From Nemertoderma westbladi (taxonomy: Eukaryota > Animalia > Xenacoelomorpha): DNA of 64,000 nucleotides. The translations under genes were made by a program, and so were the position numbers. The stretch is taken from the NCBI GenBank assembly GCA_032718475.1, contig JAUCBJ010005505.1, positions 665-64,664 on the forward strand. Direction: 5' to 3'. Of the stretch, positions 24,471 to 35,920 are shown piece after piece; position 1 is the first letter of the stretch; each line of letters begins with the position of its first letter. The notes beneath the pieces are model-generated. The model searched no databases, was not told the origin of the DNA, and saw only the letters and a list, made by a program, of their open reading frames with translations.

Positions 24471-24537
24471 TTACATATACATACATATACTCAAGTCCAG
24501 TCAATGCAGTCAGCACAGAAGCACAGTGCAGACAGCT

Positions 24538-24602
24538 CCGTGTAAATCAACACCGTGTAAATCAACACCGTGTAAATCAACACCGTGTAAATCAACACCG
24601 TG
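24538..24602. repeat. 15-bp tandem repeat x4 (ccgtgtaaatcaaca)
   Basis: Direct periodicity. Confidence 0.9.
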
Positions 24603-25320
24603 TGGTATATATACTATATAACCATATCGTGTTTTTGAACGGCTCATCTCTTGACAAGAACTACCGTGGCCTATTAATGGGCAGGTTCGTTATTAACTAT
24701 TCAATAGGCAGAGCTGCAAGTATGTGTTGGCAAACAAAGTCGGTTGATTGAATACCAATAGGGAAACCTCAGGTTGACATCAGTGGAAGGAAATGACATT
24801 ACTATAGCAACCAATAACACTTCAAGGTGGCATAGCTCACCTGCTCAGACAGGACTTAATTATTTATTATTCACTGAATAACATAATTTGCATAGAATAT
24901 TAAAATATTTGCATTAATTATGATAGAATAAGTCGTAACGTAAATGACTAAATGTAAGTAAAATATTAATAAAGGCATACAGTACGTACCGCAAAAACAA
25001 AATAATTAGACATTGCGGATGGGAATAAGGATAATTGAAGATCAAGATTGATTGATTTAATTTTTTTTTTCCTTTTTTTTTTAGTAATTCAGTAATTCGT
25101 AATTAATGGTAACTCAAGCTTCTACTTCAACTACAATTAATATATATTAAATTTACCAAAGAAGTATGTCTTAATTTTTAATAATATATAATACAGTAAT
25201 ACCAATTACTATACTAAACTGGCTGTAACTAAACTACTGTACAACAGCTGCCAATTCATTTTAGAATGCAATTTTAATGTTGTGAAAATAACTACCTAAG
25301 ATAAAAAGATAGTTTTAATC

Positions 25321-25666
25321 ATGAGTGGGAATGCTGAAGAAGATGACGAAAGTAGGATAGCGGACAGTCGCGTGAACACCGGTACTGACCGAACCGGTAC
25401 CGGTTACACTGCCAGACTCCATACAGGTACCAGCTACACCGACAGACTCGGTACCGGTACCGACTACACTGACAGACTCCCCGACGACGCCAGCGAGGTA
25501 GATGAGCCGATCGGTTCTAGAAGAACCCCAGGAACACCCCCACCGTCGGCTAAACCCAAGCTGGACAGAACCGAAGCCGCCACTGTTGTACAGAAAGCCT
25601 GGAGGAGGTACATCGATGTCCAGGTTTACAAGTATTACAGAGACATGATCAACTTTAAGAGTAGAG
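25321..25666 (+). CDS. C11orf65: C11orf65/MFI orthologue, coding exon 1 (IQ-like motif)
   Basis: Reads AATVVQKAWRRYIDVQVYKYYRDMINFKSR; donor ag|gttggt, phase 1. The four exons sum to 1113 nt (370 aa plus stop) in frame. Confidence 0.88.
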
Positions 25667-26376
25667 GTTGGTCCAACCGTTTTATAAACAATAGGTTGCC
25701 ATGTGAGATTAAAAATATAATTTTTGGTGGAATTTCTTAAATTTTATTACATGTATTCAAAGAGCAACGACGTTGAAAAGGTTTGCAAGTATTTTGAGAA
25801 AAATCCACTCACACACTCAAATGTTATTGCAACTTTAGCTAGGCGAACTCCAAAACGTAACTCAATTATCCAATATTGATTTATGTAGTTAAGCGGCTCT
25901 CTAGTTACGTATAATAAATATTCGAGAACACTAAATTATTTAACATTGCAGTAAGGCAGCATCAGAAGTTGAATAGTACAATAATTTGGATCGCAGTAAC
26001 TATGGAAGCAATATAGTGAAATACTACAAACAGTTCAATTACTTTTAACACTTTAACTCTCTATATTTTATTAAAGAATTGAGCAACAAAAAAGTACCAA
26101 TTTAAGAATAAAATTGTTTTTGCTATAATATTGTGTTATATTGGATTTATCATTATAAAAAAACGTTTTGATTAAAATTAAAGTTAGTAAAGTACTTATA
26201 CTGTAATTAAGTACTTTATAATACAACCGGATTAAAATATAGTCATGCCGTTCACTGTACAATTTATCATGCGCCTAATATTTGTCGTTAAAGGAATACA
26301 ATTAATACGTTCTTCTGTAAAGCGTCGAACCGCGGTTAAAACAACAACTTCTGTATTATATTGTATTTATTTACAG

Positions 26377-26602
26377 GAGATCCCAACTTAATGCTTCGTT
26401 GTATCAACCCGAGCGAAGCGAAAGTTATCGACTCGGCCGCAGGGACTTTCATTAGGTTCCGTCTCGGCGGCATTAAATTCCCTCCCAACATATATTATAA
26501 GATTTACACACGAAGGCCTGTCCAGGATGTGGGAGCGAACGCCCCCAGAGATTACACGGCGCTTAGCTGCAAACAGCTACCCGCCAAGTACAAAAACTCC
26601 AG
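26377..26602 (+). CDS. C11orf65: C11orf65/MFI orthologue, coding exon 2
   Basis: Contains the signature GDP.LMLRCINP.EA..ID.AAG..IRFRLGG.KFPPNIYYKIYT.RPV.D..A.APRDY; ttacag/gtaact boundaries. Confidence 0.92.
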
Positions 26603-26939
26603 GTAACTTTGTTTGAGCGTAAAACAAAAATTACCTCAATTACATATCAAATATTTAATCCAGATTTCTCACATATTTAACCCCCGTACCATCAACACTA
26701 GTATCACAGTTATGTCCTCAAGCAATGATAGTACCTAAGTTCAGTTCATGTATTCCCATGCATACTTTGAGTTTTCAAGCAGTAAAACCCATTTATAGAG
26801 AGAGATTTAGTTTCGTATTCAGACAAATTATTTGACCCTTAATTTTCCTTATGATATCCCGTGAGACAATTTTACAAGTTGTACTATCCTTTCAGTTGGC
26901 CTAAATATGATCTCCCACTCCATAGCGAAATATTCATCC

Positions 26940-27100
26940 GGTCTGGTAGCTCAGTGCACTCACCCGGCTGATGATAACCATAAGTTTGAAACCTAAGTAC
27001 CGGGTTCGAGCCCCAATAGGGCCGGTTGAGTATAATTTTACAATGATGTTAATATTGTGGTTTCCATTCCAGCTGGCTCTCGATATTAACTGTGATTGTT
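26940..27100 (+). mobile_element. tRNA-derived SINE relic (intronic)
   Basis: A-box-like ggtagctcagtg and B-box ggttcgagccc. Confidence 0.5.
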
Positions 27101-27271
27101 TAATGAAAATGTCGGAATTTATTTTTAATTTAATTTAATTATAATATTAAATATTATATATCCATAAATATCAATAAATATATCAATATCAATAAAAATC
27201 AATATATATATATATTAAACTTAATATTAATTATAATAATTTAATTATATTTCCAATTTAATTGATTGTAG

Positions 27272-27508
27272 AATTCTGACAGAAATCAACAACAAAACCA
27301 CTAAAGACGGTTGGTATCGACGTTGGGAAAACAACGGATGGCGATTGGTTCCCGATAGACTGGTTCTATCTCTAGAAACCTCCATACCTGGTTACCATGA
27401 CAATAAAAGGAAGGAGTTCCACCCGGTAAAGTTTGTCCGAAGGAAGGAAATAGAAAAACATCGTAAACGGAGAAAAATACGTTGGATGAGGAAGATGTAT
27501 GAGGAGGG
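27272..27508 (+). CDS. C11orf65: C11orf65/MFI orthologue, coding exon 3
   Basis: Reads GWYRRWENNGWRLV...FHPVKFVRRKEIEKHRKRRKIRWMRKMY; tgtag/gtgagt boundaries, phase 2/2. Confidence 0.9.
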
Positions 27509-27596
27509 GTGAGTTTATTTCACGCAGTGAGTTTATTTCACGCAGGGAGTTTATTTCACGCAGGGCGGCAGTTTATTTCTCGCAGTGAGTTTATTT
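27509..27596. repeat. 18-bp tandem repeat (gtgagtttatttcacgca), 4-5 copies, starting at the splice donor
   Basis: Direct periodicity. Confidence 0.85.
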
Positions 27597-27673
27597 AATT
27601 AGTTTTAATTAGTTTAATTAATTTAGTTTATATAATATAAATATATAAATAAACACTTTAATATTATTTGTAG

Positions 27674-27977
27674 ATTTTTACAAGCAAAAACCGGCACGAC
27701 ATCTGAACAAAGGCAGTTAATAGACGAGACTACGAGAGGACTGATAGATGTTGCAGAGAACTTGGGCGAGGACACAATCGACGATTGGGAAGTCAATGAG
27801 TTGCTGAAATGGACAGACGGACTGAACTACGAGGACTACGCAGCCAGTTGGTCGCATACGGGAACTACGGAATGCAGCGCGGACAATGTTACCACCAAAA
27901 AACCATTTATTCAATATCATAACGACCCGTTCGAGTTCACTATAAAACGATCCGATGAGACAGTGCAAGAGGAATAA
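27674..27977 (+). CDS. C11orf65: C11orf65/MFI orthologue, last coding exon
   Basis: Reads LIDETTRGLI...IDDWEVNELLKWTDGLNYEDYAASW; stop TAA ends at 27977. Confidence 0.9.
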
Positions 27978-28288
27978 GTGAATAATTAATAATGAACAAT
28001 TTACACTGGTTGTTACTTTATAATACTGTTTTTGGAATGGTTTTTTTTCGCAACGGATATACCGCTGAACCAAGATTGGAGGGAGTTATGGATTGATTAA
28101 CACTCTGAATAATATAACAAAGAAATGAAATGAAAATGAAATTATCCGGCCACCATTTTTTTTCTGTTGTTGTTAAATAATTACTGATCTTGCTATAGTG
28201 CTGATGGTCCTGATTGATATATACAATAGTACTTATATGTTATACCGCGTTAACTAAGATTATTTAATGAGTATGATGTGAAACATAC

Positions 28289-28407
28289 CTCATGTTGCTC
28301 ATGAATCTCCAGTTGTTTACTTTTTAACAGATTTTCTAAGGATTCTATCTTTGCTTCAGCTTCTCCAAGAAGATGTTTAGTGTCTTCCAGTTCTTCATCA
28401 TCAATTC
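28289..28407 (-). CDS. ERC: ELKS/ERC-like gene, internal exon
   Basis: tttag/gtatgt boundaries, phase 1/0; reads (G)IDDEELEDTKHLLGEAEAKIESLENLLKSKQLEIHEQHE, resembling ERC 'AEAE..V.HLE..L..KEKE'. Confidence 0.85.
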
Positions 28408-29329
28408 CTAAACGAAAGCGCAATTAAATTTAAAAATTACTAATTAAATTAATTAATTAATTCAATTGACCGGGGCTTTCAGTTTACACCCGTCGCCTTC
28501 GAGAATTTTGCTCGCCCCGGTCCAGCCACCGCCTCTTTCCTAATGGAGCTTGGTAAGCGACTCCACGCAACCACGCAACCGACTCCACGCATCGGTTCCT
28601 TCCTTATTGCCATCTTAATCGGCAATACTGCCTCGATCCTAGAAGACAGTGCCCCCTCTTAACTCGTTTTTTAACTCATTTCACCAGACAATTTTTTTTA
28701 CTAGTATTTAATTATATTTGACATTTTTAATAATAATTTAAAATTAATTGAAAATAATTTATTGATTTAATTTCTGTTATACCATATTAAATTTATTTAC
28801 TAGAATTTAGAAAATAAGAAACGTTTTAAAATAAAAAAAAATTAAAAATATGTCTTTTTTCATTATTTATAACTAATGTGAGTTTTAGGAGTATGGGGGA
28901 GGGTAGATAAAAGTCACCCACCACCATTCGTAAATTACTATATGAATTCAATTAATTAATATTTATTTATTAAAGTAACTAAATCCATGAATGTTATTAC
29001 TGGAAGAAAGCGCCAGCCAATAACCAGGGTAACAGAGGAATCTCCAACTGATCACATGGCTAGTTGGAAGGATCACTTCGAGAAACTAGTGCCGAGCTCC
29101 TGAGGAATTCAAGATCCGAGAAGTTTATTAACAATTCATCCCACTCACCGAGACTAGGACTTCGCGACGATTGCACCACATAAAAGGAGGACTAACAAGC
29201 TGCAGGTTGCCTTCCCAGAGAAAGAAAACCTAAGAGTTATCGTGGTATCAGTCGAAATCCATCAGCTAAGTTATTTCTGATGTCAGTTTTTATGTTTGAT
29301 GGTCGCGATCAACCATACACTGTACCACT

Positions 29330-29660
29330 TCATCCCTGTTCTTAAGTCAGGTTTCCGCCGTTTGAGAAAAGTCATTGGCTATCCACCGCTCCTATTTTCA
29401 CGAGCAGGCTGCCACAGCACAAGGTTGTGTATAGCTTGATCGCGGAGGCGGAAACAGTTTCCAGCAAGCTTCAGACTGCGGCACAGCAGGGTGATGCTGG
29501 GTCTTGGCAATGAGATGTTGCTATCGTTGGATAACACCGCATTGGTTATGTGTGTATCATAGGTAATGTTATGCACTCTGCGCAGTATCCTGGTATATAA
29601 ACCATTCAGAGACTTGATGTCGTCAGCAGTTAGAACCCAGCATGTGCTGTCATAGGGCAT
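29330..29660 (-). mobile_element. Older RTE-like LINE fragment related to family A
   Basis: CWVLTADDIKSLNGLYTRILRRVH...CFRLRDQAIHNLVLWQP. Confidence 0.8.
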
Positions 29661-29879
29661 TCCACGTTAAAATGTGGCCTACATTAGATATAATAAAATA
29701 AATAAATATTAGGACATTCGATTACTACAGGAGATGGTGTGTTACATTAAAACATGTTTAAAAATACATTATCTTTTATAATGATCAAAAAGGTTACAAA
29801 TTATATTTTAATTTTAAGAAATCAATTAAGATGGTTTTCAAAAAGTACTAGTAGCCCAATTTATCAGGGCAGTTCTGAT

Positions 29880-30130
29880 GAAATAAAACGAACACACGTC
29901 GTGATTGAATGCATAACATTACCTTGAATCGAAATAAAACGAACACATGTCGTGATTGAATGCATAACATTACCTTGAATCGAAATAAAACGAACACATG
30001 TCGTGATTGAATGCATAACATTACCTTGAATCGAAATAAAACGAACACACGTCGTGATTGAATGCATAACATTACCTTGAATCGAAATAAAACGAACACA
30101 CGTCGTGATTGAATGCATAACATTACCTTG
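29880..30130. repeat. 51-bp minisatellite x5
   Basis: Unit gaaataaaacgaacacacgtcgtgattgaatgcataacattaccttgaatc. Confidence 0.95.
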
Positions 30131-30175
30131 TATCGTAATAATTTCAGTCGAATCACCTAGTATATTGCGTATTAC

Positions 30176-30368
30176 CTTTATTAAGTAGAATGTCCATGAG
30201 TTTATTAATAGACTCATCTCTCGCTTCCAGGGTTTGACGCTGACACTGAAGCTGCTGATCCATTTCCTCGATGGTTTTCCGATAGAGATGTAGTTGTCGT
30301 GATTGGTTGTCAGTGGGAACCAGATCCGGTGTGACTGCGCCGCCCGAATTCTGTAAACCCTTTAATGT
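30176..30368 (-). CDS. ERC: ELKS/ERC-like gene, internal exon
   Basis: Reads ...QSRQLHLYRKTIEEMDQQLQCQRQTLEARDESINKLMDILLNK(G), matching ERC 'LFLLRKTLEEMELRIETQKQTL.ARDESIKKLLEMLQSKG'; tttag/gtaata boundaries, phase 0/1. Confidence 0.92.
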
Positions 30369-30859
30369 CTAAATAAACATAAAATAATATAGTAAAATAA
30401 TCTTTATTAAAAAAATAGGAATATTATGAACGCTGTTAATTAGAGAAGGATTGATACCCTAATGGAACACAACCAAAATATGATGGAAATAAACGAAAGT
30501 GAAGAAAAATCGAACCTCTGTGTGTATCTACATCAGCTCGTCTGTACAGGAGCATTCGATAATGTAAAGTATGGCAGTCTGCTTACCAAACTCTCAGAAG
30601 TAGTAATGCTTCCATCTATCTGTCTAACACTTACATTATTTTACAGTATTGGGGCCAAAAAAAGTTCAAAAATATGATAGAAACAATCCATCCTATCTCC
30701 TGGCCTGGGTTATTCACCCTTTATATTAAGGAGCTCACGGACAAACTTAAAACCTCAAAATAGAAAGGCCTTGAAGCATCAAAATTGTACAAACCTATGT
30801 TCCTAAACATTAACGGTCAACTGATAACGTTTTAACGTTTCTGGGACACACTTTCCATC

Positions 30860-31326
30860 GGCAGTAGTTCCAGTACTCCTCTATGGGAGTCCATGCTGGG
30901 CTCTAACTGCTGAGGACACCAAATCTCTGGATGGCACATTCACAAGAATGCTACGCCGGGTTCATTGTGTCAAGTACAATGCACACATCTCCAACCAGAC
31001 ACTATATAACATTGGAGGTGTCTCATTGGTTCCCCCAAGCTTGACACTAGAACAGAATCGCCTCCGCTTTGCAGGACATTGCTTTCGCCGAGAGGACCAG
31101 CCAGTGCATAATCGTGTACTTTGGCAGCCTCATGGAATGAATAAGCATGGTGGACAGCCCATGACTTTCTTGAGACGCATCTTAAAGGACACTGGCCTTG
31201 AAAATGCGGATGATCTAGCAAATGTCATGGGTGATAGGGAGTTGTGGCGGTGCAATTTTGTCGATAAGCCGGCACAGCATTCTTAAAAATGCAGCTGCAA
31301 TGCAGCATGCCGATCCTAGTAGTAGT
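30860..31326 (+). mobile_element. RTE-like LINE family A, 3' fragment
   Basis: ORF 30948-31286 and a tagtagtag tail. Confidence 0.9.
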
Positions 31327-31446
31327 CACAAGAACCGCAATTATACTTGACACCTTTATGAACTGATTCAATATGTCTGTTTGGATATCTTTTGTCAGTA
31401 AATTGTTTGTCACAATAAACGCAATTATACTTGACACCTTTATGAA

Positions 31447-31603
31447 GGGTGCATGTAAAGAGCGGACTGCGGATTGTCAATTAAAAGCCCAAATATGCGC
31501 GGTCAATTTGAATTATAGCATTATAATGTAAGAATCCGCTCTTTGTTGACTAGACAAACGGCGGACTGAAGCCAGAAAATTGTAACCTGATTGGCTCAAT
31601 CAT
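31447..31603 (+). mobile_element. Solo terminal inverted repeat of the MULE family found at 36510-38154
   Basis: gggtgcatgtaaagagcggactgcgga...ctgattggctcaatcat matches both TIRs of that element. Confidence 0.85.
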
Positions 31604-33760
31604 TATGTTGCGTTGTTGGGTCCACCGGCACTGTGTACAGCTGACCGCGAGATCTGGGGGGCGCTATGTTGTTGGGTCCGCCGGCACTGTGTACAGCTGA
31701 CCGTGAGATCTGGGGGGCGCTATGTTGCGTTGTTGGGTCCGCCGGTACTGTGTACAGCTGACCGCGAGATCTGGGGACACTATGTTGCGTTGTTGGGTCC
31801 GCCGGCACTGTGTACAGGTCACCGCGAGATCTGGGGACACTATGTTGCGTTGTTGGGTCCGCCGGCACTGTGTACAGCTGACCGCGAGATCTGGGGACAC
31901 TATGTTGCGTTGTTGGGTCCGCCGGCACTGTGTACAGCTGACCGCGAGATCTGGGGACACTATGTTGCGTTGTTGGGTCCGCCGGCACTGTGTACGGCTG
32001 ACCGCGAGATCTGGGGACACTATGTTGCGTTGTTGGGTCCGCCGGCACGTGTACGGCTGACCGTGAGATCTGGGGACATTATGTTGCGTTGTTGGGTCCG
32101 CCGGCACTGTGTACGGCTGACCGTGAGATCTGGGGGGCGCTATGTTGCGTTGCTGGGTCCGCCGGCACTGTGTACGGCTGACCGTGAGATCTCGGGGGCG
32201 CTATGTTGCTGGGTCCGCCGGCACTGTGTACAGCTGACCGCGAGATCTGGGGACACTATGTTGTTGGGTCCGCCGGCACTGTGTACAGCTGACCGCGAGA
32301 TCTGGGGACACTATGTTGCGTTGTTGGGTCCGCCGGCACTGTGTACGGCTGATCGTGAGATCTGGGGACACTATGTTGTGTTGTATAGGTCCGCCGGCAA
32401 TGTGTACAGCTGACCGCGAGATCTGGGGACACTATGTTGCGTTGTTGGGTCCGCCGGCACTGTGTACGGCTGACCGTGAGATCTGGGGACACTATGTTGC
32501 GTTGTTGGGACCGCCGGCACTGTGTACGGCTGACCGTGAGATCTGGGGACACTATGTTGCGTTGTTGGGTCCGTCGGCACTGTGTACAGCTGACCGTGAG
32601 ATCTCGGGGGCGCTATGTTGCTGGGTCCGCCGGCACTGTGTACGGCTGACCGTGAGATCTGGGGACACTATGTTGTTGGGTCCGCCGGCACTGTGTACAG
32701 CTGACCGCGAGATCTGGGGACACTATGTTGCGTTGTTGGGTCCGCCGGCACTGTGTACGGCTGACCGTGAGATCTGGGGACACTATGTTGATGGGTCCGC
32801 CGGCACTGTGTACAGCTGACCGCGAGATCTGGGGACACTATGTTGCGTTGTTGGGTCCGCCGGCTCTGTGTACAGCTGACCGTGAGATCTCGGGGGCGCT
32901 ATGTTGCTGGGTCCGCCGGCACTGTGTACAGCTGACCGCGAGATCTGGGGACACTATGTTGTTGGGTCCGCCGGCACTGTGTACAGCTGACCGTGAGATC
33001 TGGGGACACTATGTTGCGTTGTTGGGTCCGCCGGCACTGTGTACGGCTGACCGTGAGATCTGGGGGGCGCTTTGTTGCTGGGTCCGCCGGCACTGTGTAC
33101 AGCTGACCGCGAGATCTGGGGCTACTATGTTGCGTTGTTGGGTCCGCCGGCACTGTGTACAGCTGACCGCGAGATCTGGGGACACTATGTTGTTGGGTCC
33201 GCCGGCACTGTGTACAGCTGACCGTGAGATCTGGGGACACTATGTTGCGTTGTTGGGTCCGCCGGCACTGTGTGCGGCTGACCGTGAGATCTGGGGGGCG
33301 CTTTGTTGCTGGGTCCGCCGGCACTGTGTACAGCTGACCGCGAGATCTGGGGCTACTATGTTGCGTTGTTGGGTCCGCCGGCACTGTGTACAGCTGACCG
33401 CGAGATCTGGGGGGCGCTATGTTGTTGGGTCCGCCGGCACTGTGTACAGCTGACCGTGAGATCTGGGGGGCGCTATGTTGCGTTGTTGGGTCCGCCGGCA
33501 CTGTGTACGGCTGACCGTGAGATCTGGGGGGCGCTATGTTGCGTTGCTGGGTCCGCCGGCACTGTGTACGGCTGACCGTGAGATCTGGGGACATTATGTT
33601 GCTGGGTCCGCCGGCACTGTGTACAGCTGACCGTGAGATCTCGGGGGCGCTATGTTGCTGGGTCCACCGGTAGGGGGCGCTATGTTGCTGGGTCCGCCGG
33701 CACTGTGTACGGCTGACAGTGAGATCTCGGGGGCGCTTGTTACTGGGTCCGCCGGCACCT
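31604..33760. repeat. GC-rich minisatellite with 60-bp and 55-bp unit variants, about 37 copies
   Basis: Unit tatgttgcgttgttgggtccgccggcactgtgtacagctgaccgcgagatctggggacac; it generates the many repeat ORFs between 31596 and 33594. Confidence 0.97.
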
Positions 33761-34005
33761 TACCTTAGTGCACGCCAGTCACATAATAACCATCATCACT
33801 CCCGCGTCACAAATGCGGCATGGCATTCGTAATGCGGATGCAGTACAACGTGCCGTGCCGATTATAGATATAGACAGTTTCCAAGGAGGCATAGTGAGAG
33901 TAATTATTATTGATCAATGATTAAGGAAGACAATATACTTTCAGCTTCGATTTGTTTACCTGTAGGACTACAGATGGCTTGTGTTACCTAATTTGCTTGA
34001 CTTGC

Positions 34006-34176
34006 CTGGTCTAGTAATGATCTCTCACGATCTTTTGCTTGGTGCAGTTTAACATCTAATTCTTTTCTTAATTGTCTTTCCTTCTTCAATTCCGGGCTCC
34101 AGAAAGATTTAATGCTGGCAGTTACAGAATGCAATTTGTTGGATTTCAGCTGTAGATCTGCTTTCAAATGTATAAC
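34006..34176 (-). CDS. ERC: ELKS/ERC-like gene, most 5' exon identified (CAST signature)
   Basis: Reads VIHLKADLQLKSNKLHSVTASIKSFWSPELKKERQLRKE...SLLDQ. IK.FWSPELKKER is the ELKS/CAST/Bruchpilot hallmark. Acceptor tttag; donor inferred as GC (CAG|GCAAGT). Confidence 0.92.
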
Positions 34177-34654
34177 CTAAAATAAGCAATAAAAGAGTAT
34201 TCATTAAAATTGTTTTGGAAAAAAAGAAATGACATTGTATCTGAATCAATAATTATAAAACTTCGTATCATAAAATACATATTGTTTTGCTTTTATCAGG
34301 GGGTTGGTTTTCACCACACATTTTAGTCCGGTCGGTTGAAATAGGTGAAAAAGCCGAACCCGGAAAAAATTATGGCCACGGAAAATATTTGCACACCATC
34401 GATAGAGGGGACATGGCAGATCAAAATATACAAAATCATCAATAATACGCACATGGGAAAAAAAGTTGTAAACCGGTTTCATAGCCATGAAAAGTATAAG
34501 TTACAATGTAAAAAATTATAAATTCTCTGAGAGTGAATTTATCTCAGAAACGACTAAATTAATATTAATAATTTTTTAAAGATTATTGCAGTTGCCTTAG
34601 CAACCGTCGCTATGGGCCGTGTTTTGAGAACACGCCATAACAACTGATGGTTTA

Positions 34655-34828
34655 CTGCTGGTAAGGGCATGGAATCATCACTTATTACACCAACCCAATT
34701 TACTATTGAGGATAATACTGTAACAACATTATACTGTATTTCTGCTGGTAAGGGCATGGAATCATCACTTATTACACCAACCCAATTTACTATTGAGGAT
34801 AATACTGTAACAACATTATACTGTATTT
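34655..34828. repeat. 87-bp perfect tandem duplication
   Basis: ctgctggtaagggcatgg...attatactgtattt occurs twice. Confidence 0.9.
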
Positions 34829-35139
34829 CAAGTCAAATTAAGCATTGCAACCGTTGCTAAGGTTGTATTCTTTGGAGAAATCCCAAAGCAACGATTTAAC
34901 CACATTCCTCTAAATGATCTAAAAATTCCTCTAAACCATCTTCCCATTTTATAGCGGATAGAATTTTGGGTAGTTCTAATGAAATCCATTGTCAAAGGGT
35001 GAAAAGGAAAGACACGAGTGGGGCCTTCCCTTGGTGCAGCAAAACTGCAAGCCACCACAGCGATATGGCTGCTCGCAGCAATCCACAGTACTAAGTACAG
35101 GACTACAGTAGGCCTACTAAGCCCAGATAGAGGACACAA

Positions 35140-35920
35140 AGAACAGCGATGTCTATATGCATAAATGTTTATCGACTTCAGGAAGGCCTTCGACCTTGTG
35201 AGCCAGTCTAACTTATTATTTCGTATCTACAAAGAATTTGGCATTAAAGGAAAACTGTTCAATCTAACAAAAAGTCTTCTAAGAAATTCTGTTAAAATAT
35301 TTGATGGTGTAACATACTCCAAACTGATAATTAAACTTTGTGGAATTCTCCAGGGGGTCGATCTACAAAGGGCTCTCGATGTTATAAATATTTTGGTGCC
35401 TAAACAATGAATGGTATGCAACTCCACATGAAGAAGACTAAGATTATCAAGTTCCAAATAAAGGCGGCCGGCCGGTTGGCTCTGAGTGATCAATTCACGT
35501 ATGCGGGAGAAAGTGTACAGTTTTGTAATAGTTACGAATATCTTGGAATTATCCTCCAGCCTTCTATTTGCTTCTCTAAGCACACATTGATAAAACGAAA
35601 AGAGCATGCAACAACTTTGCAACTTGTCTCTATATCAACTGGGTTAAAGATATTCATCATGAAGATCAGACCTACTGTAACTTATGCTTTTACAGAAATC
35701 GCCATTTTCTTTACATTGCACAATCTCAAAGAAATTGATAGAATTATATCCGCTTTTTTAAAACGATTACTGAGACTCCACAGATCTTCCTCGACTGCTC
35801 TGGCACATAAACTGGTTGGTTGTCATACTTTCATTGAAGAACTTGCTGCTGAATCTCCGGAAATGTTCAGTAGCGAAATCCTGGCTAACTACCGCTGTTC
35901 GCGCTTTTTAGACCTTTAAC
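35140..35920 (+). mobile_element. Degraded non-LTR retrotransposon RT fragment (a clade distinct from families A and B)
   Basis: FIDFRKAFDLV, GILQG, YEYLGIILQ and KIRPTVTYA...FLKRLL motifs, with frameshifts. Confidence 0.8.

Noticed and set aside
29848-30217. Repeat ORFs and donor-like aag|gtaatg sites in the 51-bp array
   Set aside because: The ORFs are artefacts of a unit length divisible by three. Extending the ELKS exon to these donors meets an in-frame TGA.
31596-33594. Many overlapping repeat ORFs and a CRISPR-like appearance
   Set aside because: Head-to-tail minisatellite with no unique spacers, no cas genes and a eukaryotic intron context.
34591-34604. Good X-box match gttgccttagcaac (also gttgctaggcaac at about 51012)
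   Set aside because: Not near an identified TSS. It is paired with an inverted copy at about 34850 in repeat-like sequence, so it is more likely part of a transposon.
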